The notes beneath the pieces were generated by a model that worked only from the letters and a program-made list of their open reading frames with translations, made no database searches and was not told where the DNA came from. DNA of 64,000 nt, from positions 32,001-96,000 of the IMG/VR virus record IMGVR_UViG_3300046522_000316; one strand, 5' to 3'. Of this stretch, positions 39,038 to 47,705 are shown piece by piece (the first letter of the stretch is position 1; each line of letters begins with the position of its first letter). Both the position numbers and the translations under genes were made by a program. The stretch is from a virus. Its lineage: Duplodnaviria > Caudoviricetes.

Positions 39038-39492
39038 TTTCTTTTTGTCCAGTGGTTGTATTCAGGAATGCGGCACCCCTTCATTTCGACGCGAGCCAAA
39101 CGGGCCGAGCGGTATTTGAAGACGTAGTGCTGGTTTTCTACGCCACGCTCACGCACATAAACTTCAACGCCACGCGTCGTGTGCTTGAGAACGAAATAGT
39201 ATTTGGATTGTGGCTGAACTTCGCGGAAAGGATCGCAGTGGATTTCCATTCCGTGGATATGGCCGATTTTCCCGGTGAACACGGCTTCCAGTTCGACCGG
39301 CTGTTTCTCGATGATTGTTTCACCACCGTCAGAAACTTTCACGCATTTACGTTGCGGCAAATCAATCGGGAACGATGCCGGAAAACTCCACATTGTCCAC
39401 CGGCCCTTTTTAGGCAAACGACCGCCGAACGGACACGGCTCTGTCGGTTTGCACGGCGTGGAAATGGAAAGCAATTTCGCGCTGTCAGCCAT
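39034..39492 (-). CDS. Hypothetical protein
   Basis: Probable start MADSAK at 39492, ~33 nt downstream of a variant ATGTAAATG motif. Confidence 0.6.
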   Translation of the reverse strand: MADSAKLLSISTPCKPTEPCPFGGRLPKKGRWTMWSFPASFPIDLPQRKCVKVSDGGETIIEKQPVELEAVFTGKIGHIHGMEIHCDPFREVQPQSKYYFVLKHTTRGVEVYVRERGVENQHYVFKYRSARLARVEMKGCRIPEYNHWTKRK

Positions 39493-39527
39493 TGACCAAC
39501 CGCGTTGCACTTCGGAACCGAATACAT

Positions 39528-39932
39528 TTACATGCATGGATCAATCACCCGTTCCGCTTTTTTAAATTTCAGGTTTTTCATGTGGGTTTTGAATGCCACA
39601 CGGGCCAGACGCAGCGAGCGGAAAGACTTACCGAACATCACAGCACCTTTCCGAGTAGCACGACAGAACAGGCGTGGCGACATGATGCGGCGGTATGTGC
39701 GTTCGAACACTTTGCGCATGGCTTCCGAATGCAAATTCGATACACGCATGCGATTGTTCATCGACGCTTCGAAAAACGAAACGCTGGTATCACATCCGCT
39801 AGTCAGGAATTCTTCGGAAATTCCGAGTGCAGCCATTCGCAGTTTTGTCAGTTGTTCAATTTCTTCACTGATCGGCAAACGCCAATCCGAGATTTGAATG
39901 CTTTCAGATTTGTCAGGCTGGATAATGGTCAT
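39528..39932 (-). CDS. Hypothetical protein with portal-like segment
   Basis: AGGAGG RBS before MTIIQ; contains KLRMAALGISEEFLTSG. Confidence 0.6.
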   Translation of the reverse strand: MTIIQPDKSESIQISDWRLPISEEIEQLTKLRMAALGISEEFLTSGCDTSVSFFEASMNNRMRVSNLHSEAMRKVFERTYRRIMSPRLFCRATRKGAVMFGKSFRSLRLARVAFKTHMKNLKFKKAERVIDPCM

Positions 39933-40074
39933 GGTACACCTCCTAACACGTGAATGATTTTGTTGCAGCGCTTGCACCGCCAGCATGCCCACCGACAGTT
40001 ATCGGACGAATTACGCCAACGGTGTTTAAATAGGCACAGCAACTTGAATTTTTGTGGTTCGCCATCAACGTTTT

Positions 40075-40800
40075 TCATGGGTCAATTAGCGCATCCGCTG
40101 CGCCCCGGTTGATTGCACGGATATAACGCATTTCGTATGCGCTGATTTTAAGTTTCATTGCCACGTCGTCTTCGTCGCCGTCCATTTGCAGACCTTCGCG
40201 GTAAATTGCAACCACGTCAGAACTCAGCAGGGCGACCAAACGTTCCACTTGTTTGTCGGACATGTGTACGCTTTTACGAAGCTTCTCAATTCGGTTATTG
40301 AGTTGGCGATATGTTTCGGTTGAGGCCAGCCATTTGCACGCCATTTGCCGCACAGGAAGTTGGTGCGAATCTTTTGGCATGCTGTAGATAAACGTCATGA
40401 AATTTGTGAAGAACGTTTGCTGACTTGAGGCGTGTTTCTTGGCGGCTTGGATCATGTCGAATTTACGACGGCCACCAGTGGTGTTCTTTGCAGGCGGCAA
40501 GCCTTTGAATTCCAGCAGCGTGTATCCGTCCACGTGGAAGTCTTCGGCCTGTTTGTAATCAACGGGCACAATATCAAACGGTGCCAAAGAAATCGGGTCA
40601 TCGCAGACGTAACAAATGCAATCCGTTTTGTCTGCGAGGGCACGATGGGTTTCGAAGCTCACAGCGTCGATAAAAATCAAATGCTTCCGAGCTTCGAAGT
40701 CAGCGCCAAGCATGGCGATTTGTGCGCGGGGCACTCCGAGTCCACGAAGATGCACCAAAACTTTATCCGGCGCTGTGTGCGCAAAACCGTAGGCGATCAT
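40075..40800 (-). CDS. Hypothetical protein
   Basis: 241-aa ORF. Confidence 0.7.
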   Translation of the reverse strand: MIAYGFAHTAPDKVLVHLRGLGVPRAQIAMLGADFEARKHLIFIDAVSFETHRALADKTDCICYVCDDPISLAPFDIVPVDYKQAEDFHVDGYTLLEFKGLPPAKNTTGGRRKFDMIQAAKKHASSQQTFFTNFMTFIYSMPKDSHQLPVRQMACKWLASTETYRQLNNRIEKLRKSVHMSDKQVERLVALLSSDVVAIYREGLQMDGDEDDVAMKLKISAYEMRYIRAINRGAADALIDP

Positions 40801-40934
40801 TTGCTATTTTTTACCTTCAGCTTTTTGTGCATGGCGCGGCACAGGGTCAGCGCGTCCGAATGGAACTTGGCGGCTGCACCGTGAAAGGTAAGGGTGTTCT
40901 GGAATTTCAGAATACGCAGGTCAGTATTGTTCAT
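40797..40934 (-). CDS. Small hypothetical protein (45 aa)
   Basis: Hand-translated MNNTDLRILKFQNTLTFHG...KNSK; fills the gap with ATGA overlaps on both sides; below the track cutoff. Confidence 0.5.
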   Translation of the reverse strand: MNNTDLRILKFQNTLTFHGAAAKFHSDALTLCRAMHKKLKVKNSK

Positions 40935-41101
40935 TTGATTTTCCCGGCCATTGGCCCTGTGTGTTCGATGGTTTTTCCGATTTCAATCATTGTCGCAAAT
41001 TGATCCCGGTTTTCTTCGATGTATTTCTGCATCCGTTCAATGCCGCGTTGGAGCTTGTGTTCCTTTTTCGACTGCAACTTCGGTTTGTTCTTCGAGCGCA
41101 T
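40931..41101 (-). CDS. Small hypothetical protein
   Basis: Probable start MRSKNK at 41101; overlaps the next ORF. Confidence 0.4.
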   Translation of the reverse strand: MRSKNKPKLQSKKEHKLQRGIERMQKYIEENRDQFATMIEIGKTIEHTGPMAGKIK

Positions 41102-41330
41102 CTTTGTGGTTCCGTTCGATCCATTCAAGTACGCGCACCTTTTCAACCGCGATGGCGTCGGTCATCTGCTCAAACATATCTGGCAGCAGCTGCATTGCAA
41201 GTGGCTGGCGAGGCAATTCCACTTCACAGCGAACGCCGATACCGTGAACCATTTGCAGCGCTTTGATCATCCAGAATTCCGAATGCGGCGTACAAGTCCA
41301 CTGCGTTTTGTTATTGCGTTGGTCGATCAT
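41037..41330 (-). CDS. Hypothetical protein
   Basis: Coupled ORF. Confidence 0.5.
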   Translation of the reverse strand: MIDQRNNKTQWTCTPHSEFWMIKALQMVHGIGVRCEVELPRQPLAMQLLPDMFEQMTDAIAVEKVRVLEWIERNHKDALEEQTEVAVEKGTQAPTRH

Positions 41331-41623
41331 ATTTTGTTCCCCAGTAGCGCCCCTTTTTTAACGAGGGCGTAGGTCATGCCGGATACAACGTGGATATCGA
41401 ATACGAACATGATTTCCACGCTGGCGTTGCCTGTCCAACGCAGACCGACGATGCACGGGAATACTGTCGGCTCTACGTCTGGATTATTTACAGTAGGCAT
41501 CCAGCCCCAGTGGTCGAGGGCATTGATATCGTTTTCGATAAAGAATTCGCGAAGGAATTCACGGTACTCGCTTTCGTCACGAAGTGTTTTGGCTTCGAAG
41601 CCTTCACGCATCATAGCGAACAT
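41327..41623 (-). CDS. Hypothetical protein
   Basis: Probable start at 41623 or 41614. Confidence 0.55.
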   Translation of the reverse strand: MFAMMREGFEAKTLRDESEYREFLREFFIENDINALDHWGWMPTVNNPDVEPTVFPCIVGLRWTGNASVEIMFVFDIHVVSGMTYALVKKGALLGNKI

Positions 41624-43907
41624 TGGAAACCCCCTTATATTTCTCAACCGTAACGTAGGAACATTCCGGGTGCAGATGCTTGCCCTTCTGCGTGATGATG
41701 AACACGTGCTGCACCAGCTTACGCAGGAACGGAACGTAGCGTTCAACAAACAGGCCGGTGGTCGCTAAGTCCATGTGGGCATCAGGTTCGTCGAGGATTG
41801 CCAGATTCACCCGGCGACTGTCTTTCGCCATGATTACGCACGCAAGGAAATGCAGCAGACGGAAACTATCCGATTCAGCACCGGACAATTCACGCACGTC
41901 AGAAACGTTACCTTGTCCCCGGTCAACTGTGATATGTACGCCGTCTTCTTTGGCTTCCACTTTGAACTGGAAATTCTCCGCGAAAATCAGCTGCGCATAT
42001 TTGTTGTAGTTCTGTTCTAGGCCGTAAACGATTTCGTGCATCGCGTGCAGCTTCAGCCCTTTGTTGCTGTAGGCCTTCGCCAATATCTTGAAGCGCTTCA
42101 GTTTCCGGATCAGAGGTTTGTATTCCTCGACCTTGAGACTGGCTTCCTCACGTTGCTTTTTCAGCAGTTTCCATTCGGCACGCAGCGAGCTATACCGCAC
42201 GGTGATTTTGTGAGCTTTGCTGTATTTCTTTTCGACCTTTTCCAGCTTGGCTTCGACTTCCGCCAGACGCTTCAGGATATTGTCGTCGGCAGGCACTTCG
42301 TCGAACTCGGCCAGTCGCGCTTTGAGGCGTTTAACTTCGTCCAGCATTTCGAGTTGCTGTTCGATTTTCTCCAGCGACACAACCGGTTGACGCTTCGGCT
42401 GCTTCGGCTTTTCCAGTTCAGACATTTGCTTCGTGATTTCGTCGAAGCGCACTGCGTTTTCGCGCAGGTCTTCGAGTTTTTCCAGTTCAGCACGCAGCGC
42501 CTTGATCTTTTTGCGAGCGCCGTAGAAAGCGCGTTCGTCAAACTTCAGGGCCTTGATGATTTCCGTGTTTTCCTGCTTCGTGATTCGCAGTTCCAACGCG
42601 TGAATCATCGAGTGCGCTTTGCCTTTGCGTTTCTTCGCCTGTGCAATCGTGCGCTCAAGGTCTTTGATGTTGATTTTCTGCATACACGTCGGACACGCGC
42701 CGTCGTCATGATCGTGCAGCAGGTCGGCCAACTTCATTGTCGTTTTGGCGGTGCTGTATTCCTCTTTCAGCGCCTCCATTGGATCGACTTTTTCTTTGTT
42801 GCACTGCGTCAGGAATTTACGCAGATCCGGATCAACATGGTCGTCCAAGTTTTCCAGTTCACGATTGGCTGCGTCGTGCTTGTCCCGAACTTTCTCAAGG
42901 CGTTTATCTTCCGCTTCGAGAACGTCCAGTTCTTCCCGAATTTCTTTGATGCGTTTGCGCAGAGTTTTACTGTCGCCACCGTCGCCCAGTTCTTCGAGTT
43001 GCTTCACCAGTTTTTTCGACCGGCGTGCGTACTTCTCGTTTTCCTCTTCGAACTTTTCCAGCGATTCGTGCAGCTTGCGTTGCTCTTTCAAATCTGCACG
43101 ATCAAAACGGATTTTACCTTGCAGCTTTTTCAGACGTTCGCTGGTGGTCGTGTAGAACTCAACCTGCTTCGACAGGCTTTTCAGTTCCTGACGTTTCGCC
43201 TGCAACTTGTTCACTTTTTTGGACTGGGTGTTGACGATTTCTTTCGCCGCTTCCAGTTCCTTTTCCAGCGTCTTGTTCCAGCCGTTTTTATTCAGCGCAT
43301 CGTTGATGTTCATCAGCTGGTGCGTGAAGGCATCCGACTTGTTCTGCGCGACTTTTACTTCGTCGATTTTCTTTTCGAAATGACGACGCAGCACGTCGAA
43401 CTGATCCAGACGCCACACTTCGCTGATATAGGTCATCCGCGCACGGGGAGTACCGTACAGGAATTCCATTTTCTTCTGCGATTGCAAATGCACATACGAG
43501 TACCATTCATCTGAGGTCAGCGGAATGATTTGTTCGATTTGCGCACGCTGATTGGCTTGGCCCCGCACTTGCAGGTCTTCACCATCGCGCCAGATTTGAT
43601 ACCCGCCCGCCTGTTGTCGAATCCTCCACTTGTGCCCGAGGTTATTCACATCGAATTCAATGAACGATCCTTTCGAGTGGATACGATTTTTCTTTCGGGT
43701 ATCTGCCAACGGCGTCTGTTCAAAACGCACGTTAGGCAGCATCGAGAACAGCAAGGATTTACCGGCGCCGTTGTTTTGGTCTTTGGAGATTTGCGAGTCG
43801 CGGTTGTGCCCGCTAACCGTGGTCAAACCACAGTTGTTAGTGAAATCGAATTCACCCTTTTTGTACGAAACGATACCGCTAAAACGGCTGCCGGTAATCT
43901 CGATCAT
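41604..43907 (-). CDS. sbcC: SbcC/Rad50 SMC-like ATPase
   Basis: Walker A with insert (SGHN...NGAGKS), coiled coils, zinc hook CPTC, signature LSGAE, Walker B ILDEPDAHMD. Confidence 0.9.
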   Translation of the reverse strand: MIEITGSRFSGIVSYKKGEFDFTNNCGLTTVSGHNRDSQISKDQNNGAGKSLLFSMLPNVRFEQTPLADTRKKNRIHSKGSFIEFDVNNLGHKWRIRQQAGGYQIWRDGEDLQVRGQANQRAQIEQIIPLTSDEWYSYVHLQSQKKMEFLYGTPRARMTYISEVWRLDQFDVLRRHFEKKIDEVKVAQNKSDAFTHQLMNINDALNKNGWNKTLEKELEAAKEIVNTQSKKVNKLQAKRQELKSLSKQVEFYTTTSERLKKLQGKIRFDRADLKEQRKLHESLEKFEEENEKYARRSKKLVKQLEELGDGGDSKTLRKRIKEIREELDVLEAEDKRLEKVRDKHDAANRELENLDDHVDPDLRKFLTQCNKEKVDPMEALKEEYSTAKTTMKLADLLHDHDDGACPTCMQKINIKDLERTIAQAKKRKGKAHSMIHALELRITKQENTEIIKALKFDERAFYGARKKIKALRAELEKLEDLRENAVRFDEITKQMSELEKPKQPKRQPVVSLEKIEQQLEMLDEVKRLKARLAEFDEVPADDNILKRLAEVEAKLEKVEKKYSKAHKITVRYSSLRAEWKLLKKQREEASLKVEEYKPLIRKLKRFKILAKAYSNKGLKLHAMHEIVYGLEQNYNKYAQLIFAENFQFKVEAKEDGVHITVDRGQGNVSDVRELSGAESDSFRLLHFLACVIMAKDSRRVNLAILDEPDAHMDLATTGLFVERYVPFLRKLVQHVFIITQKGKHLHPECSYVTVEKYKGVSNVRYDA

Positions 43908-45979
43908 TACGGTTCCAGATATTTTCGGATTTCATTGAGTTGGTCGGCGGCGCTGCCTTGGTGTTCAAAGCGCAGACGTTCTTCCAACATTTTCAAGGTC
44001 AGCGACCATTGTTCATTCGGTCTGTGTGCTTTACAGAATGCTTTGTAGCACATACCCATTGCGTAATAGCCGGGCGGGCCAGTGCGACCGGTAGGGCCGT
44101 CCTCGTTGGGGCCACACGGGCCGGTAATCCCTTCGGGGCCTGTCGTGATTTCAACCTGTTCGCAAAGCAGACCGTTTTCCAGTTCCGCCACCGGGCAATT
44201 GTCTTCGTGCAATTCGTTGCCGAAAGTACGATGTTCACAAATGCATTCGGTAACAGGCACGCCGAGTTCATCAGCCAGTTCACGGCTCATGAAAACAGTC
44301 TCCGGCGTCAGAGTCGATTCGAGAATTGCATCGCGCAATTTGTCGATCTTGACCGTTGCAACTTCTGCGATTTCGTCCAATGCAGCTTCTGCGGCCTGCA
44401 TCAGCAGCGAGATATCACCGGATGTTGAGACAGATCCGATTTTTTCTTCGCCGTGATAAACAGCTGCTTCGTCCTCGACTTCTTCCGCACTTTCTACCGT
44501 GTCGGCACAGCCTGTGAGGAACAACCAATCCACACCATCGACCGATGTAACTTCTGCAACGTTGGTCAACGTCAGAACTTCAACGATGTGTTTTTCATCG
44601 TCCGGATGCAGATTGAATTTCCGGATGAAAACACTGACCTTCACACCACCGTCGAGGAAGTCGGTGATATCTTTCGGGTTGAGACTTTCGATCATCGCGT
44701 AACTGATCAGCGGAACATCGCGATCCGATTTCGGTTTGAACGGTTTGTATTCTTTGCCCTGATAACCAGTTTTCACCGGGAAGGTTTTCGGCGGGAAAGT
44801 CCCGGCCTTCGGGCTGGCGCTGACGGCGGTCTTCTGCGCGTACTGCACGTTCGAAGTGTGTGGCCCTTTCACGATGCTGTCGGGATTGCTCACGTCGTAA
44901 TCGAAATCGACCAGATAACGCGTCACATCGCTGTGATGAATTCGCGTTGTTTCCACGATATCGAAAAGGCGGTAAGGCTCACGGATATTTTCGCAATATT
45001 CGTCCATGATTGCGATTGCATCACTTGGGTCAGTGGTACGGTGCGCAATGTACATGGAACCCGGCACATATTCCAACGTCGGGTCGATAAACTCGGTGCC
45101 ATCCCAACCCATCAACACGCCGCTGCTCGCCACGTCTTCAAAGATTTCCAAGAAACGATCTTTGTCGATGAAATGTTTTTCGCTGATTTCTGCGTACAGC
45201 GAATCACTGGTGAATGCGCCGCGATAGTTCAGCATCCGTGCGCGCAGATCGTCAGAGAAAAGTGTCGGCAAATTGCGGATCTTTTCTGCGTGTGCCAGCG
45301 CCGCTTCGTGATCCTCGGCCAGCGTTTTGTTGTGGTATTCCACCAGCGTTTCCGGAACAGCTTTTTCCAGAACCTGAATCAGGCGCGCAGCCAGATCATC
45401 GTCGGATTCTTCCACAACAGGTTCCGTGATTTCTTGCGCGATTTCTGCAACTGCTTCGACAACGGTTTCAATCGTTTCGTTGAGTAGCGAATAAACCGTG
45501 AGGTTTTTACTCAACAGGCCGTCAGTAACCAGCTTGCGCAGCGGGTTGATCAGCGACGTTCCTTTTGCGAGGCCAAAGTTTTGTGCGATAACGGCGGCGG
45601 TGCGAGGCACACCATCTGCCATGTATTCCGCGATCATTTCAGGCGTGACTTTCATGGCCGTTCCATCGAGTGTTTCATTCGAAGTTTCCGGCACCGACTC
45701 CACAACTGGCACCGGGTCAGGTTTGGTTTCTACCACAGGCGCCAACGCGGCTTCCGCCTGTTGACGTTCCTGTTGACGCTTTTTGAATTCATCGGAAATG
45801 GACAGGCGATTATTTTCCGTCGCCTGCACATAACCCGCCTGTTTCAGACGCTCAAGTGCCCGCGTCAATTGGCTGTGATGCTTTCGCAGTTCATCCCCGT
45901 AATAAGTCAGGGTGCGTCCTTGGTCATTCTTGATTGCGTACAGCAGTTCTACCTCAATCGCGGACAGGTCTGTCATCAC
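43907..45979 (-). CDS. Multi-domain protein with winged-helix domains, acidic linkers and a short collagen-like GXY run
   Basis: N-terminal MarR-like wHTH (LTRALERLKQAGYV), second wHTH (TAAVIAQNFGL...LRKLVTDGLL), GPEGITGPCGP..GPTGRTGPPG. Confidence 0.55.
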   Translation of the reverse strand: MMTDLSAIEVELLYAIKNDQGRTLTYYGDELRKHHSQLTRALERLKQAGYVQATENNRLSISDEFKKRQQERQQAEAALAPVVETKPDPVPVVESVPETSNETLDGTAMKVTPEMIAEYMADGVPRTAAVIAQNFGLAKGTSLINPLRKLVTDGLLSKNLTVYSLLNETIETVVEAVAEIAQEITEPVVEESDDDLAARLIQVLEKAVPETLVEYHNKTLAEDHEAALAHAEKIRNLPTLFSDDLRARMLNYRGAFTSDSLYAEISEKHFIDKDRFLEIFEDVASSGVLMGWDGTEFIDPTLEYVPGSMYIAHRTTDPSDAIAIMDEYCENIREPYRLFDIVETTRIHHSDVTRYLVDFDYDVSNPDSIVKGPHTSNVQYAQKTAVSASPKAGTFPPKTFPVKTGYQGKEYKPFKPKSDRDVPLISYAMIESLNPKDITDFLDGGVKVSVFIRKFNLHPDDEKHIVEVLTLTNVAEVTSVDGVDWLFLTGCADTVESAEEVEDEAAVYHGEEKIGSVSTSGDISLLMQAAEAALDEIAEVATVKIDKLRDAILESTLTPETVFMSRELADELGVPVTECICEHRTFGNELHEDNCPVAELENGLLCEQVEITTGPEGITGPCGPNEDGPTGRTGPPGYYAMGMCYKAFCKAHRPNEQWSLTLKMLEERLRFEHQGSAADQLNEIRKYLEP

Positions 45980-47166
45980 TCTTTCTCGGCTAAAAACGCA
46001 CCAACACTGGAATAGAACACGACCGTTTCATCAAGGGTCGCGGTGTTCAGTTTGAGTTCGATTTCACACAGCAAATTTTGCAGTTGGATCAGACTTTTGA
46101 TTCCAGTCTTGACCTTTTCTTTTTTCGCCAGCGCATCGAACAGCTTGCCGTTATACGGCGTGTACTTGTTCATGCCGGTATGCTCGCCAATTCGATATTC
46201 GATCAGCCAGCGGACTTTGTTCAACAGCCCGCGCACACCGCCACAGATTTTGGCAGCTTGCACAACCTTGACATAATCTTTCTGGAAAACTGCCGCAAGG
46301 AAATGCGCAGAAGTTTCGTCCAGATCCGCTTCGATATCCACGAACGACGCGAGGTCGTCAGGATTGTATTTCTTGCCCGAAGCGAGGATAGAAAGAAAAA
46401 TATCCAGCTTCGACACTGCTTCACGCAAAGAGCCGTTACTGGATTCTGCAATTGTGGTCAGGGCCTTTTTCGCTTCCTTCTTGATCGTGTGACCTTCGGC
46501 TTCCGCGATCACAGACATGCGATCAACCAGCGTTGGAATGTCGATTTGCTTCAGACGGAAATGCGTGCAGCGACTGACCAAAGTTTTGTGTACTGCTTCC
46601 GGGTTCGTCGTGCAGAGAATCCAGATTGTGTTCGGTGGTGGATTTTCAGTTGCGGTCAACAACGCTTTTTCAGACGGGCCGCGCAGGGCGTGAACTTCGT
46701 CGAGAATGAAAACGCGTTTGCGGGTGTTCGGCGCGTTGTTCGCGGCGGCGATCAGATTACGGATGCTGGCAATGGAACCATCGACCGCGCAATCGTAATA
46801 GGAAACGTCCGGGTGTTTCTTGAACTGGCAGCTGTAGCACTTGCCGCACAGGTTCAGTTTTTCGCAGTTCACTTGCCGACTGAAGATCAGGGCGAACGTG
46901 GTTTTGCCGCAACCGTAATGCCCGGAGAACATCAACGACGACGGAACTTTTTGACGCTTGAACATGCCTTCGATTGCCGACGTTGCATGATCCTGACCAA
47001 CCACATCTGCCAGTTTGCGCGGGCGATATTCGTTTGCCAGTTGCGAAGTTTCCAGCGTCAGTTTCTCGCCGGATTTTTCACTGGCTTTTTTCTTCGCCTT
47101 TTTCACATTGGCTTCGGTATCAGATTTGAACGTCTTGACTTTCTTTTTTACTTTATCGGTTGCCAT
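45976..47166 (-). CDS. dnaX: DNA polymerase III gamma/tau-type clamp loader subunit
   Basis: YRPRKLADVVGQ, GHYGCGKTT, C..CGKC.SC Zn module, LDEVH, SRC motif. Confidence 0.92.
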   Translation of the reverse strand: MATDKVKKKVKTFKSDTEANVKKAKKKASEKSGEKLTLETSQLANEYRPRKLADVVGQDHATSAIEGMFKRQKVPSSLMFSGHYGCGKTTFALIFSRQVNCEKLNLCGKCYSCQFKKHPDVSYYDCAVDGSIASIRNLIAAANNAPNTRKRVFILDEVHALRGPSEKALLTATENPPPNTIWILCTTNPEAVHKTLVSRCTHFRLKQIDIPTLVDRMSVIAEAEGHTIKKEAKKALTTIAESSNGSLREAVSKLDIFLSILASGKKYNPDDLASFVDIEADLDETSAHFLAAVFQKDYVKVVQAAKICGGVRGLLNKVRWLIEYRIGEHTGMNKYTPYNGKLFDALAKKEKVKTGIKSLIQLQNLLCEIELKLNTATLDETVVFYSSVGAFLAEKE

Positions 47167-47196
47167 GTCACAGCCTACGTTAGAGGGTATAGGTTA

Positions 47197-47206
47197 TATT
47201 TACAGT
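47197..47206 (-). promoter_or_regulatory. ACTGTAAATA motif, putative phage promoter
   Basis: ~31 nt upstream of the clamp loader start, overlapping the stop of the previous gene. Confidence 0.6.
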
Positions 47207-47472
47207 ATGGTGGCGTTAAGCTCTTTCTTCGCTGCGTAGATACGCACGGCTTTGCGTGCCTCGGCCTCAGATGCCCCCGCATCAATTGCCCGGCGATAAA
47301 TCTCACGCTCCATACGGCGCTGGCTACGGCTTTTGTGTGGCCGCTTGGCCCGTGGCTTTTTCACAGGCTTTTTCGGTTGCACCATGTAAGCCAACAAGCC
47401 GATGGAAAGCCCGATACCAACAGCCCAATAAAAAACATTGATCCAGTCGTCAACTGTCATGAGTATTTCCAT
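47200..47472 (-). CDS. Small single-pass membrane protein with basic cytoplasmic tail
   Basis: Hydrophobic WINVFYWAVGIGLSIGLLAYMV followed by a K/R-rich segment and RAIDAGASEAEARKAV. Confidence 0.7.
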   Translation of the reverse strand: MEILMTVDDWINVFYWAVGIGLSIGLLAYMVQPKKPVKKPRAKRPHKSRSQRRMEREIYRRAIDAGASEAEARKAVRIYAAKKELNATIL

Positions 47473-47696
47473 CGCCCAAGCATGATTCGCACAGGATCAA
47501 TATTCCCGTACACAAAAACAGAATGCTTGCGATCATGCGTGCTGTTGATTACGAGCCGGTTATAGGCCCACGCATTTTGTGCCAATGGATCAGCGAGTGG
47601 TAAGGTGCGCACCAATACCTGCGGCGCACCTACCAATACTTCTCGCCATTCACCGTCAGCAGGCCCACCAAAAAATAAACAATTTTCGGTTTCCAT
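47457..47696 (-). CDS. Hypothetical protein
   Basis: FFGGPADG start, common in small phage ORFs. Confidence 0.55.
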   Translation of the reverse strand: METENCLFFGGPADGEWREVLVGAPQVLVRTLPLADPLAQNAWAYNRLVINSTHDRKHSVFVYGNIDPVRIMLGRWKYS

Positions 47697-47705
47697 GCTT
47701 AACCT

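Noticed and set aside
45480-45660. Z-alpha (Z-DNA-binding) domain in the 690-aa protein
   Set aside because: wHTH-like, but the diagnostic N...Y of helix 3 and the wing W are missing in register.
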